This document shows, in pieces, positions 1 to 10,522 of a stretch of DNA of 64,000 nucleotides. Position numbers and translations under genes: made by a program. Under the pieces are notes generated by a model. That model was not told the origin of the DNA, searched no databases, and saw nothing but the letters and a program-made list of their open reading frames with translations. Source of the stretch: a virus; IMG/VR virus record IMGVR_UViG_3300023184_000038, positions 64,001 to 128,000 of that record. One strand, 5' to 3'. Numbering within the stretch: position 1 is the stretch's first letter; each line of letters begins with the position of its first letter.

Positions 1-62
1 CGCAATTTGCGAAAATGATGAAATTACATTTAATGTGGTTCAAAAATCAACAGCCAGGGTAA

Positions 63-815
63 ATGAAAATGGGATTATTGAAATTAGTTAAAAATCATAC
101 GGAGTCGCCGGGCATTGATTTTCATGAGTTTAGGGATATATTGTATTATGACAAATATAAATATCGAGCTCGGATATCTATTTCCGGTGTACGATTTACT
201 ATGTATACAAAAACGATACAGTCTTTTGTTAGGCTGATTAATCGTAGTCATGAATATAAATCTTATTCCACTATACAGCCAAAACAACTAGAGGAAATTA
301 GAAAAAATATAGATTCTATTTCAAATTATATTACCTATAGGAATGATATACAAAAAAACAAATTAGGTAGTATTAGAATTGAAGGGAATCGTGTAAGTGT
401 TTTCAGCAATGAGTTATCAGTATTACAACGGTTAACTGAACTGGGCAATATTGAAGTTGAGTATACCGAAGTTATTATGAGTGAGTTTGCAGGAGTAAAA
501 TATTTTGCAAATACGCCTAAATATAATTTTAGAGTGTATTTGAAGCGTAAACGGATAGAACCTACCACGATTAAGGATTTTTCTAATGTTATAAATAAAA
601 CAAAAGATTTATATCCTAGTTCCTCGCTTTCGGCATGGCTAATGGCAACAACCGTCGGTTCTGCAAGGTTTAAGTACTACAGTTGGCAATATAGCCATTC
701 ATCTGCTACGCATTTTATTGATTTTAATAATGAAAGTACTTTAAGTTATTTAGCATTAATGTACGGTGAATATTTGGGTCATAGGTACAAACTGGAAAAA
801 CGAATTGTAGAATGA
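63..815 (+). CDS. hypothetical phage protein
   Basis: 250-aa ORF in the main coding direction; no recognisable motif. Confidence 0.6.
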   Translation: MKMGLLKLVKNHTESPGIDFHEFRDILYYDKYKYRARISISGVRFTMYTKTIQSFVRLINRSHEYKSYSTIQPKQLEEIRKNIDSISNYITYRNDIQKNKLGSIRIEGNRVSVFSNELSVLQRLTELGNIEVEYTEVIMSEFAGVKYFANTPKYNFRVYLKRKRIEPTTIKDFSNVINKTKDLYPSSSLSAWLMATTVGSARFKYYSWQYSHSSATHFIDFNNESTLSYLALMYGEYLGHRYKLEKRIVE

Positions 816-821
816 TAAATA
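814..821 (+). promoter_or_regulatory. putative late promoter (GATAAATA, T4 TATAAATA-like)
   Basis: GATAAATA recurs shortly upstream of gene starts at 814, 3401, 5244, 14186, 23985, 25540, 45387, 46844, 53302, 61137 and on the minus strand at 34153-34160 and 35752-35759. Confidence 0.6.
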
Positions 822-841
822 CTCTACAATGGAGTATTTAT

Positions 842-1021
842 ATGGCAAAAATAGTTACAGAATCAGTAGTACTTACTTTTAGTAAGATTGCCAAAGATTC
901 AGACCCGGATAATTTTACAGATGATGATGTAAAATCATTATCTGAAGTTCAATCTGCTCTTATGCAAGTAGCACAAGAATTAATGGGTGATAACATTGTA
1001 GTTGAAGTAATGAGGGCATAA
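842..1021 (+). CDS. small hypothetical protein
   Basis: GGAG SD at ~831, ATG at 842 (MAKIVTES...). Confidence 0.6.
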   Translation: MAKIVTESVVLTFSKIAKDSDPDNFTDDDVKSLSEVQSALMQVAQELMGDNIVVEVMRA

Positions 1022-1023
1022 TA

Positions 1024-1410
1024 ATGAGTCAAACTACCACTCTTATTTTATTACCACAAACAACATATGACGGGGGCGGGAATGCTAACGTATATACTGT
1101 TGTTGGAAATTCTCAGCCGGCCGCAGCGTATTATTTAGGTAATCGTGATTTACAAACAGTTAATATTAATTTGACACAAGTAACTGGTAACATAGTTATT
1201 GAAGCAAGTTTAGCAACTACACCAACATCTACTGATTGGTTTAAAGTATATGAATTAGAAGCTAATATTAATGCCGCAGCCAATTCAGCACCATTAATAG
1301 CATCTAATGCATCAGTATATACAAATATTAACGGTAACTTTGTTGCAATGAGGGCAAAAGTAGTAAATTTTGCACACGGGGTTGTAAATTTTACAAAACT
1401 AAGTTATTAA
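1024..1410 (+). CDS. hypothetical beta-rich, probably virion protein
   Basis: 128-aa T/N/V/A-rich ORF in a late-type operon. Confidence 0.55.
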   Translation: MSQTTTLILLPQTTYDGGGNANVYTVVGNSQPAAAYYLGNRDLQTVNINLTQVTGNIVIEASLATTPTSTDWFKVYELEANINAAANSAPLIASNASVYTNINGNFVAMRAKVVNFAHGVVNFTKLSY

Positions 1411-1412
1411 GC

Positions 1413-2354
1413 ATGAGTAAAACAATTGTAATTATGCCGGGGGGTTTTCATCCCTTCCATGCAGGACACGCTGATTTATATCAGCAAACTAAAAAAGCAT
1501 TTCCCGGCGCCGATGTCTATGTGGCTGCAACTAATGACCAAAGTGAAAGACCTTTTCCCTTTTCTATAAAAGAGAAACTAGCAAAAGTAGCCGGCGTAGA
1601 GTCGGGACATTTTATTCAGGTAAAGAGCCCTTTTCAAGCAAAAGAGATTACACAGAACTATAATCCAGAACAAGATATATTAATTTTTGTTCGGAGTGAG
1701 AAAGATAAAACAGTACCACCATTAGCAGGTGGAACAAAGAAAGACGGAAGTCCTGCTTACTTCCAACCATGGACAGGAAAGAATTTACAACCATTTGGTA
1801 AACATGCTTATCTGGTATACTTAGATACAGTTCAATTTAGCGGAGGACTAACCAGTGCTTCACAGATTCGTGCTGAATGGCCAACGTTAGATATTACTGA
1901 AAAAAGTAACAGGGTAATGTCATTATATCCAGCCGCGCACAAGAATAAAAAGTTACAAAACAATATTATACGTATGCTAGATTTAGCAATGAACAGCCAA
2001 CAAGTTGTAGCAAAGCCCTCTGCTGTTAGTTTGAAACCAGTTGGAATACGTGAATCTAATGTGTTTACCAATGCACGAATGAATGCAATTAAAGCAGGTA
2101 AAAAAACGTTTAATGTACATAACAAAATATATACTGTAACAGGTGATATCAAAGACGAATTAGAAGCAAATAATTCAAAAATAGATAATATTACTGAATG
2201 TTTATATAAAATTAAGCCATTTATTGCAAATGCAACAAGCAAACAAAAAATTAAATTATTGAATTTAATGGTTGAGGCAAAAAACCTTAATAGTAAATCA
2301 ACTACGATACTATCTAATGTGTCCGATTCTGTAGATTATTTGCAGGAAAAATAA
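1413..2354 (+). CDS. cytidyltransferase-like (HxGH) nucleotidyltransferase domain protein
   Basis: N-terminal GGFHPFHAGH motif and SASQIR motif. Confidence 0.75.
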   Translation: MSKTIVIMPGGFHPFHAGHADLYQQTKKAFPGADVYVAATNDQSERPFPFSIKEKLAKVAGVESGHFIQVKSPFQAKEITQNYNPEQDILIFVRSEKDKTVPPLAGGTKKDGSPAYFQPWTGKNLQPFGKHAYLVYLDTVQFSGGLTSASQIRAEWPTLDITEKSNRVMSLYPAAHKNKKLQNNIIRMLDLAMNSQQVVAKPSAVSLKPVGIRESNVFTNARMNAIKAGKKTFNVHNKIYTVTGDIKDELEANNSKIDNITECLYKIKPFIANATSKQKIKLLNLMVEAKNLNSKSTTILSNVSDSVDYLQEK

Positions 2355-2407
2355 TTCGGTAGTCCTTGTTTGATGTAAATAGTTATATCAAACTTAAAGA
2401 GGACTTC

Positions 2408-3355
2408 ATGGTAACACGAAAAAAGAAAACAGATAATACGGAATCTAACACTATTCCAGTAGAGCAATTGCAAGAAATTGTAGAATCTATTGCTGCTGTC
2501 CCAGTGGCACCGGCCGAACCACCTGCACCGGCCGCACCACAACAAGGGCAAGTACAAGTAAACGTAGACTTTTTAAAAACTACAAGAGTTCATATCTCAA
2601 TGCCATGTTACGGCGGGATGTTAACGGAATCTACATTTATGAGTTTTATTAAATGGGCAAATACTGCTAGACAACTTGGTATTGATTGGACATTAGAAAC
2701 AATGGTCAATGAATCATTAATTAGTCGTGCTAGAAATACACTAACTGCAAAGTTTTTAGATATGCCTGAGGCAACACATTTATTTTTTGTAGATGCTGAC
2801 ATTGGATGGGAGCCATGGCATTTGTTAGTATTACTCAATCGTGACAAAGATGTTATCGGTGGATTATATCCAATGAAAACAATGCCTATTAAATGGGTAG
2901 TTAATGGATTTGAAGGTGCTGAAGAAGGACCAGATGGATTACAAGAAGTAAGTAAAGCGGGAACAGGGTTCTTATTAATGAAGAAAAATGTATTTGAAAA
3001 ATTAAAATCACATCCTGCAGTTAAACAATACAAAAATGATATTGGTCTAGACCCTAAATACGATCAACATTTAAAAACTTACTTTGATACTGCGGTACGT
3101 CAAAATCGTTATTATTCTGAAGATTGGACCTTTTGTGAAAATTACAGAGACATTGGCGGTAAAATTTGGGTAGATAAACGTGTTTTATTACGTCACAGTG
3201 GTTCTTATGTATTTTGTATGGAAAATCAAGAACATTTGATGAACACAGTTGGGCCTATGTACTTAGAACAGGAAAAACAAAAAGCAATAGTTGCTGCAAC
3301 AGCGGCTGCAGTACCCGGGACTGCCCCTTCAGGCATAGTTACATTAGCAACTTAA
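2408..3355 (+). CDS. GT-A fold glycosyltransferase-like protein
   Basis: MPCYGG, ESLISRARN, FFVDADIGW (DxD), GTGFLL and SEDWTFC motifs; GAGGA SD before ATG 2408. Confidence 0.7.
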   Translation: MVTRKKKTDNTESNTIPVEQLQEIVESIAAVPVAPAEPPAPAAPQQGQVQVNVDFLKTTRVHISMPCYGGMLTESTFMSFIKWANTARQLGIDWTLETMVNESLISRARNTLTAKFLDMPEATHLFFVDADIGWEPWHLLVLLNRDKDVIGGLYPMKTMPIKWVVNGFEGAEEGPDGLQEVSKAGTGFLLMKKNVFEKLKSHPAVKQYKNDIGLDPKYDQHLKTYFDTAVRQNRYYSEDWTFCENYRDIGGKIWVDKRVLLRHSGSYVFCMENQEHLMNTVGPMYLEQEKQKAIVAATAAAVPGTAPSGIVTLAT

Positions 3356-3373
3356 ATTATATATTCTAAGTAA

Positions 3374-3395
3374 GAAAGGCTCTTAGGAGCCTTTC
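3374..3395 (+). terminator. stem-loop, probable terminator
   Basis: GAAAGGCTC-TTAG-GAGCCTTTC after the ORF ending at 3355. Confidence 0.6.
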
Positions 3396-3412
3396 CCATT
3401 GATAAATATAGT

Positions 3413-5218
3413 ATGGATATTAAAGAATTAAATTCGTTTAAAGTGTCAGATGCTATTACATTTCATGACCATCTTAATCCTAGGCTGTTTCACGGGAATA
3501 GATTACAACCGGCCGTTGAAAAACAATTAAAAATTATTGCCCAAGATTTTTTACAAGAATTGGGAGTATATGATATTAATGTTAAAGATATAACAGTATC
3601 TGGCTCAAATGCAGCATATAGTTATACTAAGCATAGTGATTTAGATTTACATATATTAGTTGATTTATCTGAACAGCCAAATGATGAAGTATATAAAGAA
3701 TTATTTCATGCGAAAAAAACACTGTATAATGATAGCCATGACATTAAAGTTAATGGAATTCCAGTTGAATTGTATGTTCAAGATGTTGCATTTCCAGTAA
3801 TAAGTTTAGGTGAATATAGTGTATTAAACAATAAATGGATTAAAATTCCAAATAAGCGTAGAAGTAATTTTGACCATACCGATGCTAAAGCAAAGTATGA
3901 AAAATTAGCAAAATTAATAGAATATGCGTTACATGCTAACGATTTAAAACAAGTAAAAAATGTTTTAGAAACTATTAAAAGATACCGACAAACTGGATTA
4001 GAAAAGGGCGGAGAATTTGGCCCTGAAAATATTGTTTTCAAAGCATTGCGTAGCCAAGGCTTAATTACAAAATTATACGATTTAAGAGATAAATTACATA
4101 GTAAAAAATTAAGTTTAAGCGGGATGTATCAAGAAATTGATGAGGGTTTTGATCAACCATATCCAATAATATGGGAAAAGGGTTACCATGGAGATGTTGA
4201 TGCACTTGCTAAATTACCTGATGGTACTTATTTAAGCATTATGTTTAATAAGCAAGATAATGTTAAACCTGATGACAAGACATGGATGGTTGAATTTCAT
4301 AGAAACAACAGCCAAGAAGTAACAGGGGAGGGTGATGCACAAAAAGTATTTGCTACTGTATTGTCTGCCATTCAACAATTTATTATAAAATACAAACCAC
4401 TAAAAATATATTTCTCAGCAAGCAAAGAACCAGCGCCACTGAAACTCAGTAGCCCTGCTGGTGCTAAAGCAAACCCTGAAAGTCGTGCCAAGTTATATGA
4501 TAGATTAGTACTCCGTTATGCTAAATCTTGGGGATATAAGTTTTTCCGCGCTGACAATGGTTCTGATGTTATGTATCAATTTTCAAGAATACCAAAGCAA
4601 AAGACTGTGGGTGAAGATTACACTGGGCAATATGCTGCTGAAAAAACTCCAGTTGTAAGTCCTTATGCCGGCATCAAGGATAATCAATATCGTGGTGGGA
4701 TAAGTGAAGCAGCAGACATGGATTTTGAAGAAGGTGATTGTCCTATATTTGCCATTGCGTTACATCGTCTATCTAAGTTGCCATTAATGGCATTAGTTGA
4801 ATATGATGAAGAACTAGGTAGTACAGTATTAATCCATGCGTATGTAAAACTTGATGATAGATGGCGTCTGGATATCACTGGTGAAACAGATGTAGATTGG
4901 ATGTTACAAAAATATCCAAACAATGGTAACGCCGAAGAAATTGAGATTGGTGAGAAAGATTTGTTAGAATTGGGGTATGGAAAAAGCAAATGTCCTACTT
5001 TGCAACAGGTTCTACCCCATGCTAAAGAAGTTTTACAAAATATAAATGAAGCAAGTGGGTATATTCCAAGCGAAAAACAAAAGAATGATCCACGATTTAA
5101 GACGGCACTAACCGTAGATATTAGGCCAGATGCTATCAAAAAGAATGCAAAAGCATTTTATTGGAACACTAGTCGTGCCGGAATCCCTCCAACGGCAAAA
5201 GCAAACGGCAAAATATAA
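3413..5218 (+). CDS. modular protein with N-terminal Pol-beta-type nucleotidyltransferase domain
   Basis: GSNAAYSYTKHSDLDLH (GS...DxD) plus VELYVQD; further modules follow IDE, VGE, ISE and INE junctions. Confidence 0.7.
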   Translation: MDIKELNSFKVSDAITFHDHLNPRLFHGNRLQPAVEKQLKIIAQDFLQELGVYDINVKDITVSGSNAAYSYTKHSDLDLHILVDLSEQPNDEVYKELFHAKKTLYNDSHDIKVNGIPVELYVQDVAFPVISLGEYSVLNNKWIKIPNKRRSNFDHTDAKAKYEKLAKLIEYALHANDLKQVKNVLETIKRYRQTGLEKGGEFGPENIVFKALRSQGLITKLYDLRDKLHSKKLSLSGMYQEIDEGFDQPYPIIWEKGYHGDVDALAKLPDGTYLSIMFNKQDNVKPDDKTWMVEFHRNNSQEVTGEGDAQKVFATVLSAIQQFIIKYKPLKIYFSASKEPAPLKLSSPAGAKANPESRAKLYDRLVLRYAKSWGYKFFRADNGSDVMYQFSRIPKQKTVGEDYTGQYAAEKTPVVSPYAGIKDNQYRGGISEAADMDFEEGDCPIFAIALHRLSKLPLMALVEYDEELGSTVLIHAYVKLDDRWRLDITGETDVDWMLQKYPNNGNAEEIEIGEKDLLELGYGKSKCPTLQQVLPHAKEVLQNINEASGYIPSEKQKNDPRFKTALTVDIRPDAIKKNAKAFYWNTSRAGIPPTAKANGKI

Positions 5219-5273
5219 CTAACTTCAGTTACATGGGGTTTTTGATAAATACATTATCAGTACGGAACCTTAT

Positions 5274-5960
5274 ATGAAAATAACACAAATCACAGAAACT
5301 ACTACTAGCGGAAGTATTTCCCCGGTCGCCACTGTATTAGGGGCAACTCATACACGAGGAAATCCTAGTATATATGGCGGAAAAAAAGTTAAAAGTATGT
5401 TTTCTGGTAAAAAAACTAAAGAACCATATGGTAATAGCCTTCATGAAGGCGTTGAAATTAGTGAACAAGATTTGATTATGATGCCGGGACTAGGTAATAA
5501 AATAAATCCCGGCTTTATTAGTAAGCAAGATGATAGAACAGATAATGAAATTGCAATGGCTATAAATGATTTGTTTCAATCTGGTAGAAATGCTGAAAAA
5601 ATTTATAAAATGATTGAAGGCCGTAGTGAAGAAGTTGGTCTTGAGGGTTGGGTACAAGAAAAGATTATTAAAGCAAGTGACTATTTAAATACTGTTCGTG
5701 AATATTTAGAAGGACAAGAAATGTCAACTGTAGATGAAGGGCGACCGTTTAGGGGAGTTGATGGTGCATTTGACAGGGGAGATGATGAACGGCATGACTT
5801 AGACAGACCAAGAAAATGGCATGTAGTTATTGATGGAGATATTCAACCCCAAGGATTTAGTGACAGAGAAGATGCAAATATAGCCGGGCACAAAACACTT
5901 GCTGCCAATCCTAATTCTAGAGTAACTCTTAAACAAAAATGGGCGGATGACTATGAGTAA
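5274..5960 (+). CDS. hypothetical, putative internal head protein
   Basis: MKITQITE leader; GATAAATA at 5244. Confidence 0.55.
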   Translation: MKITQITETTTSGSISPVATVLGATHTRGNPSIYGGKKVKSMFSGKKTKEPYGNSLHEGVEISEQDLIMMPGLGNKINPGFISKQDDRTDNEIAMAINDLFQSGRNAEKIYKMIEGRSEEVGLEGWVQEKIIKASDYLNTVREYLEGQEMSTVDEGRPFRGVDGAFDRGDDERHDLDRPRKWHVVIDGDIQPQGFSDREDANIAGHKTLAANPNSRVTLKQKWADDYE

Positions 5961-7599
5961 TATCTTTGCAGGAATTTTGCTTAATGAATTATCAACTGAT
6001 AAATTAGCAAAATATAAAACAGCAGCCAGTGCGGATGCTACTAAATCTGATCAAGAAGGTAACTTCAAGCGCGGAGATAAAAGATTTAGTGGTATTGTAA
6101 AAGCAACTAATAAACAATTTGCAAATGATGCTAAAAAAGTTAAATTACCGGAAACAGTAACCGATGATGAAGATGATGATTATGTAGAACCGCCGAAGTC
6201 CGGAATTGATAAATTCCGCACTGCAGCTAGTATGGCCAATCTTGCTTTGACTCCGGCAATGTTAGCACAAACGGTTAGTACTGGAGCAAATGCATTAAGT
6301 AAACCCGCTGCTGCAGCAAGCGCCGCAAAGGTAGCGGCAAATCTAGGAGGTAGATTGCTCCCGGCGGCCGGCGCGGCACTTAGCGCGGCCTCAGCCGCAC
6401 ATAGAGCAAGTTTGGGTGATTATACTGGATCCGCGATTGATGCAGCCTCAGGCGCTGCATCTTTTGCCCCGGGCTGGGGAACAGCTGGTTCAATAGCTGG
6501 TATAGGTACTAACTTATTACGAGACCGGTGGAACACTGGTAATTGGTTCCCGACGGATGAACAACTGAAGGCAGCATACGGTAAAAAACCAGATGCACAA
6601 GTAGCACAAGGAGCAAAATCTGCCGCACCTGCACAAGCAGCAAAATCTGCCACTCCTGCACAAGCTGCAGCGCCGGTTGCAAAAACTACAGCCCCAGCCG
6701 CAAACACCAAGGGCTCTTGGCAAGAAATTTACAATTTAAATAAAACAATCATTGGGGCTAATCCCAATCTAATTAAACCGGGACAAAAATTAACATTGCC
6801 AAATGGCACAGTATACACAGTTAAACCCGGGGACTCTCTTAGTAAAATTGCAGCACAATCGGTACAAGAATCAATTTATATGCAATATGATAAAGTACCG
6901 TCTTCCATTATGTATGGTTTACTTGAAGCTAGTCAACAGTCAGCATCAATTAATATACCAAGCGGTCGTGGAATGAGTCCACTAGAGTGGCTGGCATCAT
7001 TAAGTAATAATCCTGACGCAGCAGTTGCCGGCGCTTCCCCTTCAAGGATTAAACCGGCTGGTGCTGCCTCTTCAAGGATTAAGCCGGAAGTTGGTGCTGA
7101 CCATGTAGATAGCACTGTCACTAGCAATACAGGTGACAATATGAGTAAAGCAAAACAATCTGCTGAACAATTCTTAGGTCGTAGAATTAGCAATGATGAA
7201 TGGGACCTTTTACTACGAGCAGTTACTGCTGAAGCAAGCGGCAACACAAAAGAGCAAGCCTGGGTAATGGGTGTTATATTAAATAGAGCTAGGTCAGGCC
7301 GTTGGGGAAGTAGTATCAATAAAGTATTATATGCACCAAACCAATTTCAAGCAGTGACTGGTACTAAGTATAATAGCAATCCAAGTTCTAACTTTACTAG
7401 AGGCCCAAATGCATCTCAACTAGCATCTATTGTAAAAGGTGCTATAGAAGTATTGCCAAATGTAGATCCATCAGTAATGAATTTTACAGCGGCTAATAGT
7501 GCTGCTTATGGAAGAGGCACTAATATTAATTTTAGAAATAAGTTAGCCGCAAGATCAGGCAGTCAACAAATTGGCCAAACTATATTTGGCACCGCATAA
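5953..7599 (+). CDS. LysM + SleB/Hydrolase_2 cell-wall hydrolase domain protein
   Basis: IYNLNKTIIGANPNLIKPGQKL and YTVKPGDSLSKIA (LysM); LLRAVTAEA...VILNRAR...VLYAPNQFQAV (SleB-like). Confidence 0.8.
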   Translation: MSNIFAGILLNELSTDKLAKYKTAASADATKSDQEGNFKRGDKRFSGIVKATNKQFANDAKKVKLPETVTDDEDDDYVEPPKSGIDKFRTAASMANLALTPAMLAQTVSTGANALSKPAAAASAAKVAANLGGRLLPAAGAALSAASAAHRASLGDYTGSAIDAASGAASFAPGWGTAGSIAGIGTNLLRDRWNTGNWFPTDEQLKAAYGKKPDAQVAQGAKSAAPAQAAKSATPAQAAAPVAKTTAPAANTKGSWQEIYNLNKTIIGANPNLIKPGQKLTLPNGTVYTVKPGDSLSKIAAQSVQESIYMQYDKVPSSIMYGLLEASQQSASINIPSGRGMSPLEWLASLSNNPDAAVAGASPSRIKPAGAASSRIKPEVGADHVDSTVTSNTGDNMSKAKQSAEQFLGRRISNDEWDLLLRAVTAEASGNTKEQAWVMGVILNRARSGRWGSSINKVLYAPNQFQAVTGTKYNSNPSSNFTRGPNASQLASIVKGAIEVLPNVDPSVMNFTAANSAAYGRGTNINFRNKLAARSGSQQIGQTIFGTA

Positions 7600-7609
7600 G
7601 GAATTATAA

Positions 7610-8050
7610 ATGTTAGCAGAAAATTTAAAAGTATTATTGGCAAGTGTTAACTCATTGTCTATCAAAGCACAAAACTTTCACTGGAACGTGGAGGGAGATA
7701 ACTTCCCTCAATATCACGAATATCTTGGTAATTTCTATGAAGAAGTATACAGTGCAGTAGATAAAATTGCTGAATACATTCGTACATTAGATAGTTATAG
7801 TCCAGGAAGCTTAACACGCTATACTGAATTAACAATCATTCAAGATCAACTTAAAATCCCTCGTGCCGAATTAATGTTTGTTGAATTGTTTGAAGATAAT
7901 GGCAAGATGATTGAATTACTTAATCATTGCTTTAGTTCTGCTACAGAAGAAAATAAACAAGGTATTGCTAACTTTATCGCTGAAAGATTAGATGCTCACG
8001 AAAAACATCAATGGCAGCTTAGAAGTATATTAAAAACTACAAGAGCATAA
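7610..8050 (+). CDS. dps: Dps/ferritin-like DNA protection protein
   Basis: FHWNVEG, HEYLGNFYEE, DKIAEYIR and HEKHQWQL ferroxidase motifs. Confidence 0.9.
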   Translation: MLAENLKVLLASVNSLSIKAQNFHWNVEGDNFPQYHEYLGNFYEEVYSAVDKIAEYIRTLDSYSPGSLTRYTELTIIQDQLKIPRAELMFVELFEDNGKMIELLNHCFSSATEENKQGIANFIAERLDAHEKHQWQLRSILKTTRA

Positions 8051-8075
8051 TATATATTTACCATAAGGAATTATA

Positions 8076-8495
8076 ATGCGATTATATGAAATAGAACCTA
8101 GACCTAGTATAGAGAAACAATTTGACCTTATTGAGAGTATGGTTGAAAGTTTTGCAAAACATCATAATGTTGACAGTGAGATAATATGGGAAGATTTAGA
8201 ATCAGTTGATGATTATGAATTATTGGTTGAAGCCGCTGCCTGGAGAACCAGTAAAGGAAAAAGTAAAAAAGGTGGATTAAACGCTAAAGGTGTAGCAAGT
8301 TATCGTAGAGAAAATCCTGGCAGCAAGTTGCAAATGGCAGTTACCACTAAGCCAAGCAAATTAAAGCCAGGCTCAAAAGCAGCCAAACGTCGGAAATCAT
8401 TTTGTGCAAGAATGGGCGGCGTTAAAGGACCAATGAAGAAACCTAACGGTGATCCCACACGCAAAGCATTGGCTTTACGCAAATGGAACTGTTAA
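8076..8495 (+). CDS. conserved phage protein with basic C-terminal domain
   Basis: acidic N-half ending LVE, then basic AAWRTSKGK...RRKSFCARM...RKWNC. Confidence 0.65.
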   Translation: MRLYEIEPRPSIEKQFDLIESMVESFAKHHNVDSEIIWEDLESVDDYELLVEAAAWRTSKGKSKKGGLNAKGVASYRRENPGSKLQMAVTTKPSKLKPGSKAAKRRKSFCARMGGVKGPMKKPNGDPTRKALALRKWNC

Positions 8496-9130
8496 TGAGA
8501 GCAAATGAAATAACAATAGATGACTCACAATCTCTTGTTGAATTTAGCAAGACTGATGCGGGTATACACAAAGAATTAATAGCCAAAGGATATAAACCTA
8601 TAGGCAAGCCGGGTGTGGATCAAACTGCATATATTGAACCGCGCAGCGGCATGATTCTCAAAATATTTGGGACTCGTCCAGGAAGTAAAACTTTTACAAA
8701 AGATCAAAAAATGTTTTTTATCTGGGCTAAATTTTGTATGGATAATTCATCTAACTTATTTTTACCACGATATTATGGGCATGAAAGTTTTAATTATAAC
8801 AATTCATTATATTTACAAATTCGTACTGAGAGATTGCAACACAATCCTAAATTAGGTCGTGCGGTTTCTAGTCTAGGCGAATATGCCAGTATTGGTTCTA
8901 TGGATGCACGTGGCACCTTGGATTATTTTGTAAAAAATCAACCTCAGCGAAGTTATTATGAAACAATAAAACAAACAATTGGCGAAGAAAATGTGATACC
9001 GTTGTTAAATACACTAGGCAACTTGTATAAAATTGCTAGTAAAAAGGGATATATGTGGGACCTGCACTCAGAAAATGTCATGACCAGAACCAATGGATGG
9101 CCAGTGATCAATGATCCTTGGACTATATAA
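8495..9130 (+). CDS. protein-kinase-like fold protein
   Basis: MRANEI leader; MILKIF, WDLHSENVM and VINDPW resemble kinase catalytic motifs. Confidence 0.6.
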   Translation: MRANEITIDDSQSLVEFSKTDAGIHKELIAKGYKPIGKPGVDQTAYIEPRSGMILKIFGTRPGSKTFTKDQKMFFIWAKFCMDNSSNLFLPRYYGHESFNYNNSLYLQIRTERLQHNPKLGRAVSSLGEYASIGSMDARGTLDYFVKNQPQRSYYETIKQTIGEENVIPLLNTLGNLYKIASKKGYMWDLHSENVMTRTNGWPVINDPWTI

Positions 9131-9133
9131 TAT

Positions 9134-10522
9134 ATGAGAGCAAAAGAATTTATTGTTGAAGCATTGACTCCAGAACAAACATCAAAACTGTTCCAACAGT
9201 TGGGTGTGAAATGGGATACTAATATTCATAACGCTATTTTTAACGGTAAATCACGAATATATATTCCAATGCCATCACAAATAGCAAACACTACTGTATC
9301 CCCAACACAACATAAAATTGAAAATACATTGTCTGACATTGGTTATCAAATAGCAGACTATGCTGCAGGGATAGCACAAAAGAAAAATGATCCAACTAGA
9401 AAAATTAAAATTGGTAAACTACTTACAGATAAATCATTACTACAAACATTTGCCAATGATCCGTACCGAGCCGCATCTACACAATCTAATGAGTTAGAGG
9501 TAGTGATATCTCGTGACCCAGTAGATATTGCTGGTATGAGTACTGACCGAGGTTGGACTAGTTGTATGAATCTAGACGGTGGAGAGAATAATAGATATGT
9601 ACCAACAGAAATACGGAACGGGGCAATTATTGCGTATTTAATTAGAAAGACTGATAAGAACATTGATAAGCCATTGGCACGAATATTGTTAAAACCTTAC
9701 TATTTTAAAAATCATATAATTTTAAATCCAGACAAAGTATACGGCACTGCTCCTGCATCATTTAACGAAGTAGTGAATGATTTTTGCAATAACGTTAATA
9801 GTAATAGTCCAGAAGGAGATTATAGACTACCCGGCGGTTGTTATCGAGATAGCGCAGAATATGTCATGCATCTTAAAGACTACAGTGATTTTAGTGGATT
9901 TACTGTTGCCAACCGAAAGATTATTGCCAACAACCCCAATAGCCCAATACAAGCATTAGTTAAGTTGGCCAAGGATGAAGATCCCGGGGTAAGAGAGATT
10001 GTAGCCAGTCGTGCAGCTTGTCCACTTGAAGTGTTAATTGAGTTGTCGACGGATAGCAACAGTACTGTAAGGTGGAGGGTGGGGTTGAATCAAAAAACAC
10101 CAAAAGACATATTAGTTAATTTAGCCAAGGATCAGGAGCCGGAGGTACGAGTAGGTGTAGCCGCTAACCGCCGAGCTTCAGATGAAGTGTTAGTTAGTTT
10201 AGCCAATGATCCAGAGGAAAATATTCGAGGAGAAGTGGCAAAAAATATCAATACTCCAATCAAAGTTTTGGTCCAGTTGAGCAAGGACCAAAACGTTTTG
10301 GTAAGATATGTGTTGGCTCGTAGTCCTAGTTGTCCAAGCAATATATTGTCTGAGTTGGCTAATGATGAAGTAGGAATGGTAAGAGCTGCTGTAGCCGGGA
10401 ACCGCAGTGCTCCGGGTGAAGTGTTAGCTAGGTTAGCAAACGATGCTTCTTGGAAGGTGAACGGCGTTGCAAAAGAAACGATTCACTGGATCACAACACA
10501 AGAGAAAAATAACAATTTATGA
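9134..10522 (+). CDS. protein with C-terminal HEAT/leucine-rich-variant repeats
   Basis: MRAKEFIVE leader; about eight 24-aa repeats LAKD..VR..VA.N..P. Confidence 0.75.
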   Translation: MRAKEFIVEALTPEQTSKLFQQLGVKWDTNIHNAIFNGKSRIYIPMPSQIANTTVSPTQHKIENTLSDIGYQIADYAAGIAQKKNDPTRKIKIGKLLTDKSLLQTFANDPYRAASTQSNELEVVISRDPVDIAGMSTDRGWTSCMNLDGGENNRYVPTEIRNGAIIAYLIRKTDKNIDKPLARILLKPYYFKNHIILNPDKVYGTAPASFNEVVNDFCNNVNSNSPEGDYRLPGGCYRDSAEYVMHLKDYSDFSGFTVANRKIIANNPNSPIQALVKLAKDEDPGVREIVASRAACPLEVLIELSTDSNSTVRWRVGLNQKTPKDILVNLAKDQEPEVRVGVAANRRASDEVLVSLANDPEENIRGEVAKNINTPIKVLVQLSKDQNVLVRYVLARSPSCPSNILSELANDEVGMVRAAVAGNRSAPGEVLARLANDASWKVNGVAKETIHWITTQEKNNNL

